NCBI GenBank assembly: GCA_951406725.2
Contig: OX597839.1
Coordinates: 2,046,001-2,110,000, forward strand
Direction: 5' to 3'
Source: Octopus vulgaris
Taxonomy: Eukaryota
DNA length: 64,000 nt
In this document: positions 1-14,490 of the stretch, in pieces
Numbering within the stretch: the first letter of the stretch is position 1
How the letters are laid out: each line of letters opens with the position of its first letter
Translations under genes and position numbers: made by a program
Notes under the pieces: model-generated
Database searches by the model: none
What the model saw: only the letters and a program-made list of their open reading frames with translations
What the model was told of the DNA's origin: nothing

Positions 1-1321
1 ATTGAAAGTTTACTTGCAGCCTGGACTTCAAGCAAACAAGAGCATTCACTTTCAAGTACTACCAACATGAAAATTTGACTGATTTAACACCACTGACAAT
101 ACTCGCAAATATATCTGAAAAAAAAAAAGTATTATTCTGAAAATATATCTGGAAAAAAAAAGTATTACAATTATTAACAAATTCGGAAACTTGGCGAAGT
201 AGAAAGCCTCAATATAATTACAGAAGTGTCATTCCACTCCTTCTAACCAGTTTCAAGATAATGTTTTTTTAAAAACAGTCCTTGTATTCTTCATCATTGT
301 ATCAACGTCACACAACCTTTTTACTGCATTACTACGTATTTATTCTACAGCCTATAACGTTACACAGTTCAAAAACAGAATCTTCCTTTTTATACACTAG
401 GTTCAGTGTTCGTTTCAAAATTGTAAAATAAATTATTTTCGTATGAAAAATTGAATTATGCCTTCTGAGTTTTCTTGGACATTCATTTTCTTCACCGTCT
501 CATTCGTTCAATCGTGAATTTTATAACATTTAGTACATGTTCCAAATAAATGTTGACTTTACTCTTTTACTCTTTTACTTGTTTCAGTCATTTGACTGCG
601 GCCATGCTGGACCACCGCCTTTAGTTGAGCAAATTGACCCCGAGACTTATTCTTTGTAAGCTCAGTACTTATTCTATCGGTGTGGTTTGCCGAACCGCTA
701 GCTTACGGGGACATAAACACACCAGCATCGGTTGTCAAGCAATGCTAGGGGGACAAACGCAGACACACAAACACACACGTACACATATATATATACACAT
801 ATATATACATATATACGACGGGCTTCTTTCAGTTTCCGTCTACCAAATCCACTCACAAGGCTTTTGTCGGCCCGAGGCTATAGTAGAAGACACTTGCCCA
901 AGATGCCACGCAGTGGGACTGAACCCGGAACCATGCGGTTGGTAAGCAAGCTACTTACCACACAGCCACTGCGTACTTTCTTACATTAACCGAACCTCTA
1001 TGCTTCAGATATTTTTTAAAAAGTTTAAACAATGAAAATTATTAATTAATTTAATAATAAACCTCGATGATTAGTCTTTTATTTGGTATTTCAATATTTC
1101 TGGTTCAGGAGCCCTTCTTCAGGAAATCAACAGAGAAAAGGTGTTGATAGCTGACGATCAGCAAGTTTTCTCCGTAGGTATCCTGAAGAAGAGGTCCTAA
1201 CCCTGAACTTTTGAATTACCGTTTAATAGGACTAACCATCGACTTGAATTATTAATTATTATAACTTACATTGTGAAGAGTTTAAAAAATTATATATGTA
1301 TACACACACACATACACACAC

Positions 1322-1378
<57 letters not shown>

Positions 1379-1520
1379 GAAAGAGATAGAGAGATATGTA
1401 TATAATATATATGCCATGTATGTATATATATATATATATCAATAATAATAGTGATTGTTTCTTATCAGGAACGAAGTGGTTAGGACTGCTATATAAGTGC
1501 TCAGGTAAATGAGACGAGTC

Positions 1521-1718
1521 TAACAAACTTTGGTTGTAGAACAAACAACAACTTTAAGGTCAGCCACCCAACATATCACATCTCGAGCATTTAAACACAT
1601 AATGCTTTTTCTTATACATAGAATACAGATGTATTCCATGTATAAGAAAAAGCATTATGTGATATGTTAGGTGGATGACCTTAAATTTCTTGTTTGTTCT
1701 ACAAGCAAAGTTTGTTAT
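1521..1718. repeat. Imperfect fold-back repeat
   Basis: aacaaactttggttgtagaacaaac...cacataatgctttttcttataca pairs with tgtataagaaaaagcattatgtg...gtttgttctacaagcaaagtttgtt. Confidence 0.8.
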
Positions 1719-1908
1719 ATATATATATACATTTTTGTCAGTTCTCTATGGTTTTCTTTTCGTTGCTTAATTCTACCATCTTTCACTCGTATCCTTTGGT
1801 TTCTTTATCGATAAGCTGATAACTCCCCTTCCTCCTAACCATATAATTTATCACTATAAGCACGCGTCTCGAAAGCAAGCCGACAGAAATTTATAAAAAA
1901 TTTCGTTA

Positions 1909-1971
1909 TTATCGAATCGGCCCCGATTTCTGAGTTAATTCATTTTTGAATTTTCTCGTCATCAGCGATAA
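1909..1971 (-). ncRNA. Type I hammerhead ribozyme motif (mirror copy)
   Basis: Reverse complement of 2954-3016. Confidence 0.7.
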
Positions 1972-2574
1972 ATACGATAAGAAAATAAACGAGATACTTA
2001 CTTGTACCCATGGATGAAGTAAACACTAAGCCATGGGCACACTTAAGTACCCCAAATATATCCAAAATACAAATTCTACTGCATACCTCGAGACACGTGT
2101 GATCGAACTGAAAATTCTAATAGAATGAGAGAGTCCGGAAGTGAATAGTATTAAATTTACATCTAATATAGGATAAAATTTTCGAAATAATTTTATCAAT
2201 GGCCAGCATATTAAAAAATACCTTTAAATGTTAAATTTATAAACAACTTATAAAAAAGGGCAAAAGAAAAAATTTCAATTCCTAATATGTCGAAAATAGA
2301 CTTAATCGTCAATAACCATATAATTTATCACTATAAGCACACGTCTCGAAAGCAAGCCGACAGAAATTTCTAAAAAATTTCGTTATTATCGAATCGCGTG
2401 CTTATAGGGATAAATTATATGGTTATTGACGATTAAGTCTATTTTCGGCATATTAGGAATTGGAATTTTTTTCTTTTGCCCTTTTTTATAAGTTGTTTAT
2501 AAATTTAACCTTTAAAGGTATTTTTTAATATGCTGGCCATTGATAAAATTATTTCGAAAATTTTATCCTATATT

Positions 2575-2693
2575 AGAATGGTTGTATACTGTCAATCTAA
2601 CGTGAACGTGACAGTAGGGGGTTACACCACCGCTGTTTAGCCCTAGGAAGCATCGACGCTTCCTGATGACTTCGACAGTATACAACCATTCTA
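2575..2693. mobile_element. Small MITE inserted in the fold-back array
   Basis: TIR gaatggttgtatactgtc / gacagtatacaaccattc flanked by TA on both sides. Confidence 0.65.
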
Positions 2694-2953
2694 TCGCCCC
2701 ACCACCGTACATATCTCTATGAGAGATTTAGAAATTTAATATTTCTGATTATCCTATATTAGATGTAAATTTAATACTATTCACTTCCGGACTCTCTCAT
2801 TCTATGAGAATTTTCAGTCCGATCACACGTGTCTCGAGGTATGCTGTAGAATTTCTATTTTGTATATATTTGGGGTACTTAAGTGTGCTCATGACTTAGT
2901 GTTTACTTCTTCCATGGGTACAAGTAAGTATCTCATTTATTTTCTTATCGTAT

Positions 2954-3016
2954 TTATCGCTGATGACGAGAAAATTCAAAAATGAATTAACTCAGAAATC
3001 GGGGCCGATTCGATAA
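2954..3016 (+). ncRNA. Type I hammerhead ribozyme motif
   Basis: ttatcg-CTGATGA-c-gag/aattc..gaatt/ctc-a-GAAA-tcgg(gg)ccga-TT-cgataa: intact core boxes, 6-bp stem I, stems II and III. Confidence 0.7.
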
Positions 3017-3159
3017 TAACGAAATTTTTTATAAATTTCTATCTGCTTGCTTTCGAGACGCGTGCTTATAGTGATAAATTATATGGTTATTGACGACTAA
3101 GTCTATTTTCGACATATTTGGCATTGGAATTGTTTTCTTTTGGCCTTGTTTATAAGTTG

Positions 3160-3190
<31 letters not shown>

Positions 3191-3634
3191 ATATACATGT
3201 GTGTGTGTAAGTATGTATGTACATACACTTTGATAATAGGAACGATTATTATTATTATTTATTATTACTATTATTATTGAAGTTATAAGAAGTCTTAAAA
3301 TTTCGAGAGAACGAAAACCTATTGTTTTTTCTTTTTTTTGCTTTGGAATATTGGGTCTCGAAGCACATTACATAAAGCTATTGTGCATGTAAATAGCATG
3401 TTAATATTAATCTTCGTCATTATTTGTTTCTTTTCATCCCGAATATTAACGCGCTTTTATCCATAGCTTTATATAATATATCTCTAGAGCCAATGTTCTA
3501 ATAAAGAATTATTATTATCATTATTGTTGTTGCTGTTATTGTTAGTTATTTGTTATTTGTAAATAACCGAATATCAATAATAATATCAATAAGACCAGCA
3601 ACAGTAGTAGTAATAGTGATGATGTTGATGATGG

Positions 3635-3670
<36 letters not shown>

Positions 3671-5620
3671 GGAGGAGGAGGAGGAGGAGGAGGAGGAGGA
3701 GGAGGACGGCGACGACAATACGGATTTCTTTTAATTAATTGACCAAGAGAACCGAAGTTGTTTAGGGACCTTTGAAAGGCGAGAGAGAGCAAATAAAACA
3801 CACAAGCAATATCTAGGAAGTGGATGGATATCGAGTTTCAATGGTGAGATAAAGCAACCAACCAACCAAACAAACAAACAAAAATGACACCTAAATAAAT
3901 AGTGATGAACCCCAACATACAAGTATTCTACCGTGTAATGCATAATAAATCACACATCATTTTTCATCACAAAAGGAATTATAATAGTATATTGATTGTC
4001 ATCATATAAATCCCAGAAGAATTTTGAATTGAAGTGAGTTGAAAAGCTAATGCATTACCCAGTCTAAGTATTAAATTATAAGCATTTAAGAAATATGCGT
4101 ATCCTCCCATTTATAATTGGTGTCAATGGAGTGATATATAAATACTTCACCCGACGCATTTATGTATAACCTATAGAGATAAACTTAGGTACATTCTTGA
4201 AAACGGAAACGTAGTTTTCCCAAGGGTTACATAGTACAGGGTTTGCACGGTTTCACTTTAGCATGATTTTAGTTTTGATCTTGTTTTTCGTTTTTGTTTT
4301 TCTGTTTTTACTTCATATAGATACTGGCATGGTTGTACTCACTTTGAAACCATGTATTTCGCGTTCAATACCCCAGCGTGGTACCTTTAAATTTTGCTTC
4401 TTTCAGTCATTAGACTGCAACTATGCCGGGGCACCTCCTTGAAGAATCTTTTACTCGAATGAATCGACCCCAGTACTTAATTTTTTAAGCCTTCTACTAT
4501 TCTATCGAACTCTTATGCCGAACGGCCAAGTTATATATGTAAATAATTTATATTATTATATTTGATAATAAATAAATATAGGCGCAGTAGTGGCTGTGTG
4601 GTAAGTGGCTTGCTAACCAACCACATGGTTTCGGGTTCAATCCCACTGCGTGGCATCTTGGGCAAGTGTCTTCTGCTATAGCCCCGGGCCGACCAATGCC
4701 TTGTGAGTGGATTTTGGTAGACGGAAACTGAAAGAAGCCTGTCGTATATATGTATGTATATATATATATATATATATACATATATATATGTGTGTGTGTT
4801 TGTGTGTCTGTGCTTGTCCCCCTAGCATTGCTTAACAACCGATGCTGGTGTGTTTACGTCCCCGTCACTTAGTGGTTCGGCAAAAAGAGACCGATAGAAT
4901 AAGTACTGGGCTTACAAAGAATAAGTTCCGGGGTCGATTTGCTCGACTAAAGGCGGTGGTCCAGCATGGCCGCTGTCAAATGACTGAAACAAGTAAAAGA
5001 GAAAGAGAGAAAAAAGTACTTACATGTCTGCATTAAGGCAAAATGCAGAATATCTTTTGAAATAATGCAGAATTTAAGCTACATACTTATGTGTCTGTGA
5101 GTGTGTGTATTATTTATTTATACGGCCTTTTCAAGCCTAGCCAGACTCATGGGCCCGGTTTCCCGGTTTCTATGGCATATGTGTTCCCCCCAGCTGGACG
5201 GGACGCCAGTCCATCTCAGCGTTACTCAAGAAACAAGAAAAGAAAGAGTGAGAGAAAGTTGGGGCGAAAGAGTACAACAGGGTCACCACCTTCATATATG
5301 TATGTATGTATGTATACATATACATGCATAACGGGAAGGTTTACGAAAATAAACAAAAGACGAAGGCAGGTGGAGTACAAACAAACAAATGTATTAGTAT
5401 GGCGCTCAGGAATAGAAATAGAAAAAGCCTTTTACGTTTCGAGCCTTCGCTCTTCGACAGAAAGATACACAGAAAAAAACAAGGAGAGAAACAAGGAGAG
5501 AAAAAAAGGAGAGAAAAAAATGCGTGTGGGAGCTGTATACATACGTACATACATACATACATACATACATACATACATACATACATACATACTTATATAT
5601 ATATATAGAGAGATAGATAT

Positions 5621-5686
<66 letters not shown>

Positions 5687-6284
5687 GTCTCTGTATATAT
5701 ACGTAATCATATGCATGTATGAATTAAAATAGTAGGGATCTTTCTGATCCGGCTAACTCAATGGCACTTCAGGCGAGTATTTGACAAAGTGAATGCTCAA
5801 AAAAAAGAAGTACCAACTATATACCGCATTTATCAACTCATTAATGAACCACTAATACAAATTAATTAATCAATTAATTAACCATTAACCACTCTGCAAA
5901 TCCAACGCAGAGTAAATAATAATAAATGAATAAGAAATGAAGACGATGTTTCGTTACCGGTCGATAATTTTTATGAGAATGGTTATTTATAGTTTACAAT
6001 ACGTGACCATTTCCATGTAAACGATCGTCACGTGACAAATATCGGTTTCATCCTTTATTCATTTATCATAATATGTATAGTGATTAATGAGGCGAGCTGG
6101 CAGAATCATTAGCACGCCGGACACGTTCTGAGTTCAAATTCCGGTGAGATCAACTTTGCCTTTCATCCTTTCAGGGTCGATTGAATAAGTACCAGTTGAG
6201 CATTGGGGTTGGTGTAATCGACTTACTCCCTCCCCAACACCAAAATTACTGGCCTTGTGCCAAAATTTGAAACTATTTTATGTA

Positions 6285-7826
<1,542 letters not shown>

Positions 7827-7861
7827 TACATAATTTCGGTCATATTACGATGGTCTATCAA

Positions 7862-8169
7862 CTAGCAGTATCGCCCGGCGTTGTTCGGATTTGTAAGGGA
7901 AATAACTATATAAGCATTTTTAGAGAGTTACTTCCCTTATATAACCCGAGCAAAAATCATTAAAAATGCGGAAAAATTATGGTAAAATTTTTTTTTAAAT
8001 TGTAGACTCATCGTAGACGCGCGCTAATACCCAGAAGGGCTCAATATGAATGACGACTATAAGATACCCGGTTTTGGTTAAACTGCACCGCAAAATGTGG
8101 GAGTAGTTAGGAATCTGAATCGGAGGAGACAGAGTCTCACACACACAACTTCAATTTTATATATAAAGA
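7862..8169 (-). mobile_element. Non-autonomous Helitron-like element
   Basis: Reverse-complement copy of 31848-32152; 5' TC and 3' hairpin plus CTAG. Confidence 0.8.
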
Positions 8170-8246
8170 TTTCTTGTGTTATTTCGTTACGTATATTTTC
8201 CCGTTCTGTTTATACTAAATGTATTTCTTAATTGTTTTCGTTACAG

Positions 8247-8414
8247 ACTTCTGTGGTTGTTGCTGGTGCTACTCTGCTTGGGTTTAATGTCTTACCAAAT
8301 CATTGACCGAATAATCTACTACTACAGCTGGCCAGTCACCGTGAACGTCGACATCAACTACAACAAAACATTAATCTTCCCCTCTGTAACAATATGCAAT
8401 CAAAATGCTTTCCG
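8247..8414 (+). CDS. DEG/ENaC exon: TM1 and post-M1 signature
   Basis: ttacag|A...CG|gtaagt; LLWLLLVLLCLGLMSYQIIDRIIYYYSWPVTVNVDINYNKTLIFPSVTICNQNAFR matches the family FPxVTxCNxN motif. Confidence 0.95.
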
Positions 8415-9296
8415 GTAAGTTTCTACTCTTCCCTCCTCTCCCCCCTCTCTCTCTCTCTCTCTTATACCAACACAGACACACACATATACACACCTACATA
8501 CACAAACATTCTTTTTTCTTAGTATTATTAGGCGGTGAACTGGCAGAATCGTTAGCACGCCGGGCGAAATGCTTTGTGGTATTTCGTCCGCCGCTGCGTT
8601 CTGAGTTCAAATTCCGCCGAGGTCGACTTTGCCTTTCATCCTTTCAGGGTCGATAAAATAAGTACCAGTTGAACACTGGGGTCGATGTAATTGACTAAAC
8701 CCCTTACCCAAATTTGCTCACCTTGTGCGAAAACTTGAAATCAATATTAAGACAATACGAGATGGCAAGATGGTTGAATTGTCAGCATGCTAGACAAAAT
8801 GCTTAGTGCCAATTCATCAGTTTTCGCGTTCTGTGTTCAAATTCTGCCGAGGCCGACTTTGCTTTTCATCGTTTCAAGGTCAATAAGATAAGTACCAGTT
8901 GAACACTTAGTTGATATGATTAACTTACCCTCTTTCTGAAATTGCTGACCTGCTAGAATTTGAAACTAATATCTTGGAAGGCAAGCCAGCAGAATTATTA
9001 GCATGCTTAATTATTAGATTAAGGCGGCGAGCTGGCAGAATCGTTAGCACGCCGGGCGAAATGCTTTGTGGTATTTCGTCCGTTGCTGCGTTCTGAGTTC
9101 AAATTCCGCCGAAGTCGACTTTGCCTTTCATCCTTTCAAGGTCGATTAAATAAGTACCAGTTACGCACTGGGGTCGATATAATCCGTTTGCCTGTCCTTG
9201 TGTTTGTCCTCTCTATGTTTAGCCCCTTGTGGGTAGTAAAGAAATAAGTATTATTAGGCGGTGAACTGGCAGAATCGTTACCGCGCCGGGCAAAAT

Positions 9297-10400
9297 GCTT
9301 CGTCACTCACCACTCCTAAAACCATTACAGTTTTTGGACACTGTGCGCATCATCCTGTTGACATCAGAGGACATGCACATAACCATCGGTCATTTCTCCA
9401 GCTCAACTTTCGGTGCTGGTCAAAATTTTTCTCATTGGTGAAGAACTAAAGCAGGTCATGTTCGAGGGTTTTAACTTTGTTAAGTAACCACTTGGTACGA
9501 ATCAGTTTTCCTGTTTTGCAGTCACGAATTGGCCTATACACAGTACACACTACTTGTATCGAATGTCTTCGTGCACCCCAATTCTGATAGTCCAATCCGA
9601 CACCTGAAGTTCTTCGTTGATGGCTCTTATTGATTTTCCGGGGTCATCATCACCGACAATACTTTCTATCCTTTGCATCAGTTATGATGTCCTCATGGTG
9701 TCGGAACGTTTAGAATATTTCTTTTCTCTTTGATTCAGTTGAAACATTGCCACCAGAGGCTCCCAAATTATCGCCACTAGAGGCTCCCAATATATCGCCT
9801 CCAGAGGCTCCCAGAATATCGCCACTAGAGGCACCCAAAATATTACCACAAGAGGGTGCCAAAATATTGCCACCTGAGGGTCCCAATATATCGCCGCTAG
9901 AGGCTCCCAAAATATCGCCACCAAAGGCTTCCAAAATATCGCCACCAGAGGCTCCCAGAATATCGTGATTAGAAGGTCCCAAAACATTTCCACCAGAGGC
10001 TCCCAAAATAAAGCCACCAAAGGCTCTCAAAATATCGCCACCAAAGGCTCCCAAAATATCGCCACCAGAGGCTCCCAGAATATCGCGACTAGAAGGTCCC
10101 AAAACATTTCCACCAGAGGCTCCCAGAATATCGCCACCAGAGGCTCCCAGAATATCGCCACCAAAGGCTCCCAGAATATCGCGACTAGAAGGTCCCAAAA
10201 CATTGCCACCAGAGGCTCCCAAAATATTGCCACTAGGGGCTCCCAAAATATCGCCACCAGAGGCTCCCAAAACATTGCCACCGGAAGCTCCCCAAATCCA
10301 TCAGAGCTTTATCTACAAAATATCTTACAACATCTAGAAAGTTGCAAATTTCTACACTTGCGGTTCTGCGTACATGGCAAATACCCTTGCACACTGTGTA
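9297..10400 (-). mobile_element. Degenerate maT/DD37D-type transposase fragment containing a minisatellite
   Basis: EICNFLDVVRYFVDKAL...STESKRK/YSKRSDTMRT...FFTNEKNFDQHRKLSWRNDRW...VMVLGVVSDE with stops and frameshifts. Confidence 0.75.
9742..10290. repeat. 24-bp minisatellite, about 23 units
   Basis: Unit ccaccagaggctcccaaaatatcg; - strand reads (LGASGGDI)n. Confidence 0.95.
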
Positions 10401-11689
10401 AAGTATACACTATGCGCCTGATTTAAATATATCTTCTTGGATACAAGCTCATCTTTCTAGCACGCGCAGATGTAAAATATCTAGAAACTGTTATACCAAG
10501 GGAGGGTAAACGATATTAAAAAAATCAAAATAAAATGAAATAAAATAAAATAAATTAGGAATCCTTGAGGGAGAGTTACCGAGAAAATAACTTCTGATTA
10601 TATACAAAATTAGTGGAATACAGAAATAAACACCGGAATGTAACGGAAGAAAGCAAATATCAAGATTGCTAATAAGGCCCTTTTTTTTTTGCTTTCTAAA
10701 AAGGACACTTTCTGTTATTTTCCGCAATGAATATCTCCTTTTCACATAACTATGATTTCATTTTAATGCTTCTCACACACACACGTGTGTGTGTGTATGA
10801 ATGTATGTAAGTATGTATGTATAAATAACAACAGATGGATAATATGTCAATCCACTACAATTGTTTCAGGCGGCGAGCTGGCAGAAACGTTAGCACGCCG
10901 GGCGAAATGCGTAGCCGTATTTCGTCTGCCCTTACGGTCTGAGTTCAAATTCCGCCGAGGTCGACTTTGCCTTTCATCCTTTCGGGGTCGATAAATTAAG
11001 TACCAGTTACGCACTGGGGTCGATATAATCGGCTTAATCTGTGTGTCTGTCCTTGTTTGTCTCCTCTGTGTTTAGCCCCTTGTGTGTAGTAAAGAAATCC
11101 ACTACAATTGTTTCCAACGAACTTATAATTACTGGAGGCACGACATCATAAGAAAAACACATTTTTATCAGGTGAATACATAAATCACATAATTCATAAA
11201 CGTTCAAGAGCCAGCTGCCTGTGCCACTTCGTGATTCTATGACCATTGTTGGTCATAGAATGAAGAACCTCACTCAGAATCTGCTCCTTGCGTACATCCA
11301 GCGTATATTATGGGTCATACATTTAGTGCAATGTATGTTTCTTGATCAACCTCAGGGCTATTTATATACTCAGTCGGGTACAGTTAATCGTATACATAAC
11401 CTGAATATCTTTCTGCTCTACATCGGTACCCGCTGATGTCTTCCTTTATTTTTGTTCTGTACACATTTTATTTTTCGACCCAGCCGTTTAAGTGCTCGAT
11501 TCACTCGAATCCTGATCTATTATAATATGTGTGTATGTCTCTTCTATTTTTTAATTATTATAAATCTTCCACAGAGAAGGGAGCCAGTTTCCGACAAAGA
11601 TTCAAGGCTCCATCTTTGGGACGTGGTTAACACAGACAAATTCACATTTGGAACTTGAGAAAAGTCTTGCATATTTTTACTGTTCCACT

Positions 11690-11958
11690 CACAGATTGCA
11701 CTTGGAGCCGGTTAATTTATCTTTCTGAAAATCCCTGTTTATCCAGATTCTCCTTTAAGCAATTACTAACAAAACCTAGTGCTCCATTTATTATTGGTAT
11801 GAATATGAATTCAGTCTGGATATAGAAGCTGGAGGTTTCGAAGCAGTTGTCCATATATATCCTCTTTTTCTTTGAATTTCAAAGGGGTATTTATATCTGC
11901 AGGGCAGCAGACCTCTATGATGGTACATGCCTTTGCCCCTGTATCCCAAACAACAATA
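11690..11958 (-). mobile_element. R4/Dong-like non-LTR retrotransposon remnant (restriction-like endonuclease region)
   Basis: IVVWDTGAKACTIIEVCCPADINTPLKFKEKEDIYGQLL...IPIINGALG, frameshifted. Confidence 0.65.
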
Positions 11959-12082
11959 TATGTATACACACTCACATAAACACACGCACACATATCTATC
12001 CATCCATTTATGTGACCTCGTGTGTACCGTTGGCGATTTTTTTTCCTCTGTCTTCCCTTCTCTGGATCTTTCCTGCTCCTAT

Positions 12083-12117
12083 GTTTCTGACGAAGAGCTC
12101 CGCTCGAAACGTTAAAC
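12083..12117 (+). ncRNA. Minimal type I hammerhead ribozyme motif
   Basis: gttt-CTGACGA-a-gagc(tcc)gctc-GAAA-cg-TT-aaac; palindromic ACGT stem III as in dimerising Penelope-type hammerheads. Confidence 0.7.
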
Positions 12118-12620
12118 CCTCTTTCTTTCCTTCTTTCCTGAGCGTCCAATAATACTATATTTGTTCCACGTCCTCGCGTTGTTGTGTTTTTTTGTGCTTT
12201 CTTGTTTGGATTAACCAACTATATATATATATAGGTTCTGTTATTACTGTTTTTACATATTTTGTATTCTTACTGTGCTATCTTTATTGTTTTTACGTAT
12301 TTTTGAATTTTTTTCGAGTAACTTCGTCTATTTTCCGTCACTTTGTATACTTTGGAGGCTTTCTTCCAAGGAATCTAATGCGTTTGGCTTAGATTTCCCT
12401 TGGTGGCTGCCCAGATAGGAGCAATCTCAAGATTAATCAGCCGAAATTGCGAAGATGATCTGGTTCTTGACTGATGACTGAGAGCTTCGAAAGTCCCGTC
12501 TGTGTTTTTTCGTCGTCTTCTAAATGTTTCACGTTCTTGTCCCAGTTTGTGTATTTTTTTAACTTTTACATATATATATATATATATATAAACACGTGCA
12601 TTTGCATGTGTGTGTGTGTA

Positions 12621-12691
<71 letters not shown>

Positions 12692-13366
12692 ATTCGTAAC
12701 GACAAGAAAATAACACGTCCTGGAACTAATAGCTTTCATCTTTAAAATAAACCATCAACTGCCAATTGGTAATATTTAAATGATGAAATTATTATGTGGA
12801 GGTCTTCTGTTAGTTTTAAATTCGGGAAATTACCCGATTCGAAGGGAGATCCAATTTCATGAAGTATATCCGTTGATTTCAATTTTAATAGACATATCTA
12901 TGAAGGCGGCGAGCTAGCAGAATCGTTAGCACGCCGGGCAAAATGCTTTAGTGGTATTTCGTCTGCCGCTACGTTCTGAGTTCAAATTCCGCCGAGGTCG
13001 ACTTTGCCTTTTATCCTTTCGGGGTCGATTAAATAAGTACCAGTTACGCACTGGGGTCGATATAATCGACTTAATCCGTTTGTCTGTCCTTGTTTGTCCT
13101 CTCTGTGTTTAGCCCCTTGTGGGTAGTAAAGAAACAGGTATTTCGTCTGCTGCTACGTTTTGAGTTGAAATCCCGCCGAGCTCGATTTTGCCTTTCGTCC
13201 TTTCGGGGTCGATAAGTTAAGTACCAGTTGCGTACTGGGGTCGATCTAATCGACTGGCCCACACAACAACAATTATATTCATACATACATACATGCATAC
13301 ATGCATACATACATACATATGTTGTGGTGCACCTGAGCACTGTATACAATAATTTCATTATTATTT

Positions 13367-13428
<62 letters not shown>

Positions 13429-13821
13429 TTATATATTATATAACATTGTATCATATTTATATACACATATATTCAACATATGTGAAGGTGCGTGTCCTAT
13501 GTCACTTGGGTTTTGCACTTACGATCACAAAATCCTACGTTCGATTCCTAGAGGGTGGCTGCGTTGTGTTCCTGAGTAAAATATTTCGTTTCACCTTGTT
13601 CCAGGCCACTCGGCTGTAAACGGGTAACCATGCAACGAACTGGAATTCCGTTTAGGTAGGAATGGATTGTTGACCTACTCATCCAGTACACAGACTGACG
13701 TCATACGAAGGCTAAAGCATTGAGATCAGCGATGCATAACAATATTAGATAAGCTTGTTGATACAGTGATATTGTACATTATGTATGTATGTATGTATGT
13801 ATGTATGTATGTATGTATGTA

Positions 13822-13906
<85 letters not shown>

Positions 13907-13998
13907 TCCCTTCTTTCCTGAGCGTCCAATAATACTTTATTTGTTCCACGTCCTCGCGTTGCTGTGTTTTTTTTGTGTTTTCTTGTTTGGATTAACTG

Positions 13999-14121
<123 letters not shown>

Positions 14122-14214
14122 TCGGTAGTCTGAGGGCTGAACGAACTAGGATTCTGAAAGACTCTGCGTCACTTTAAGCCGTGTGGAGCTGAATGGAACT
14201 ACTTGAAATAATGC

Positions 14215-14247
<33 letters not shown>

Positions 14248-14429
14248 CATACATACATACATACATACATACATACATACACACACACATACATACATAC
14301 ATACATACATACATACATACATACATACATACATACATACATACACACATACATACATACATACATACATAAATACATACATACACACATACATACATAC
14401 TCACATACATACATACATACATACATACA

Positions 14430-14460
<31 letters not shown>

Positions 14461-14490
14461 TCTGCATAAATGTATATATGTATATATACG

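Larger units (their letters stand above)
1836..3160. mobile_element. Fold-back array of a 477-bp unit (Penelope-like pLTR / retrozyme-like)
   Basis: taaccatataatttatcactataagcac recurs at 1836 and 2313; 2397-3160 is the reverse complement of the same unit, interrupted at about 2575-2750; each full unit carries a hammerhead motif. Confidence 0.75.

Noticed and set aside
3586-3801. Poly-Pro/poly-His ORF resembling a transcription-factor tract
   Set aside because: Adjacent (GAT)n and (GGA)n microsatellites with no flanking coding signal.
4220-4266. YIVQGLHGFTLA as the missing HG-motif first exon of the channel
   Set aside because: In-frame TGA follows immediately with no suitable phase-2 donor; the first exon is probably upstream of the window.
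9742-10290. Regular 24-bp repeats as a CRISPR array or a repeat-protein gene
   Set aside because: No unique spacers, eukaryotic context, and the array sits in a frameshifted transposase relic; the open frames follow from the unit length being a multiple of 3.
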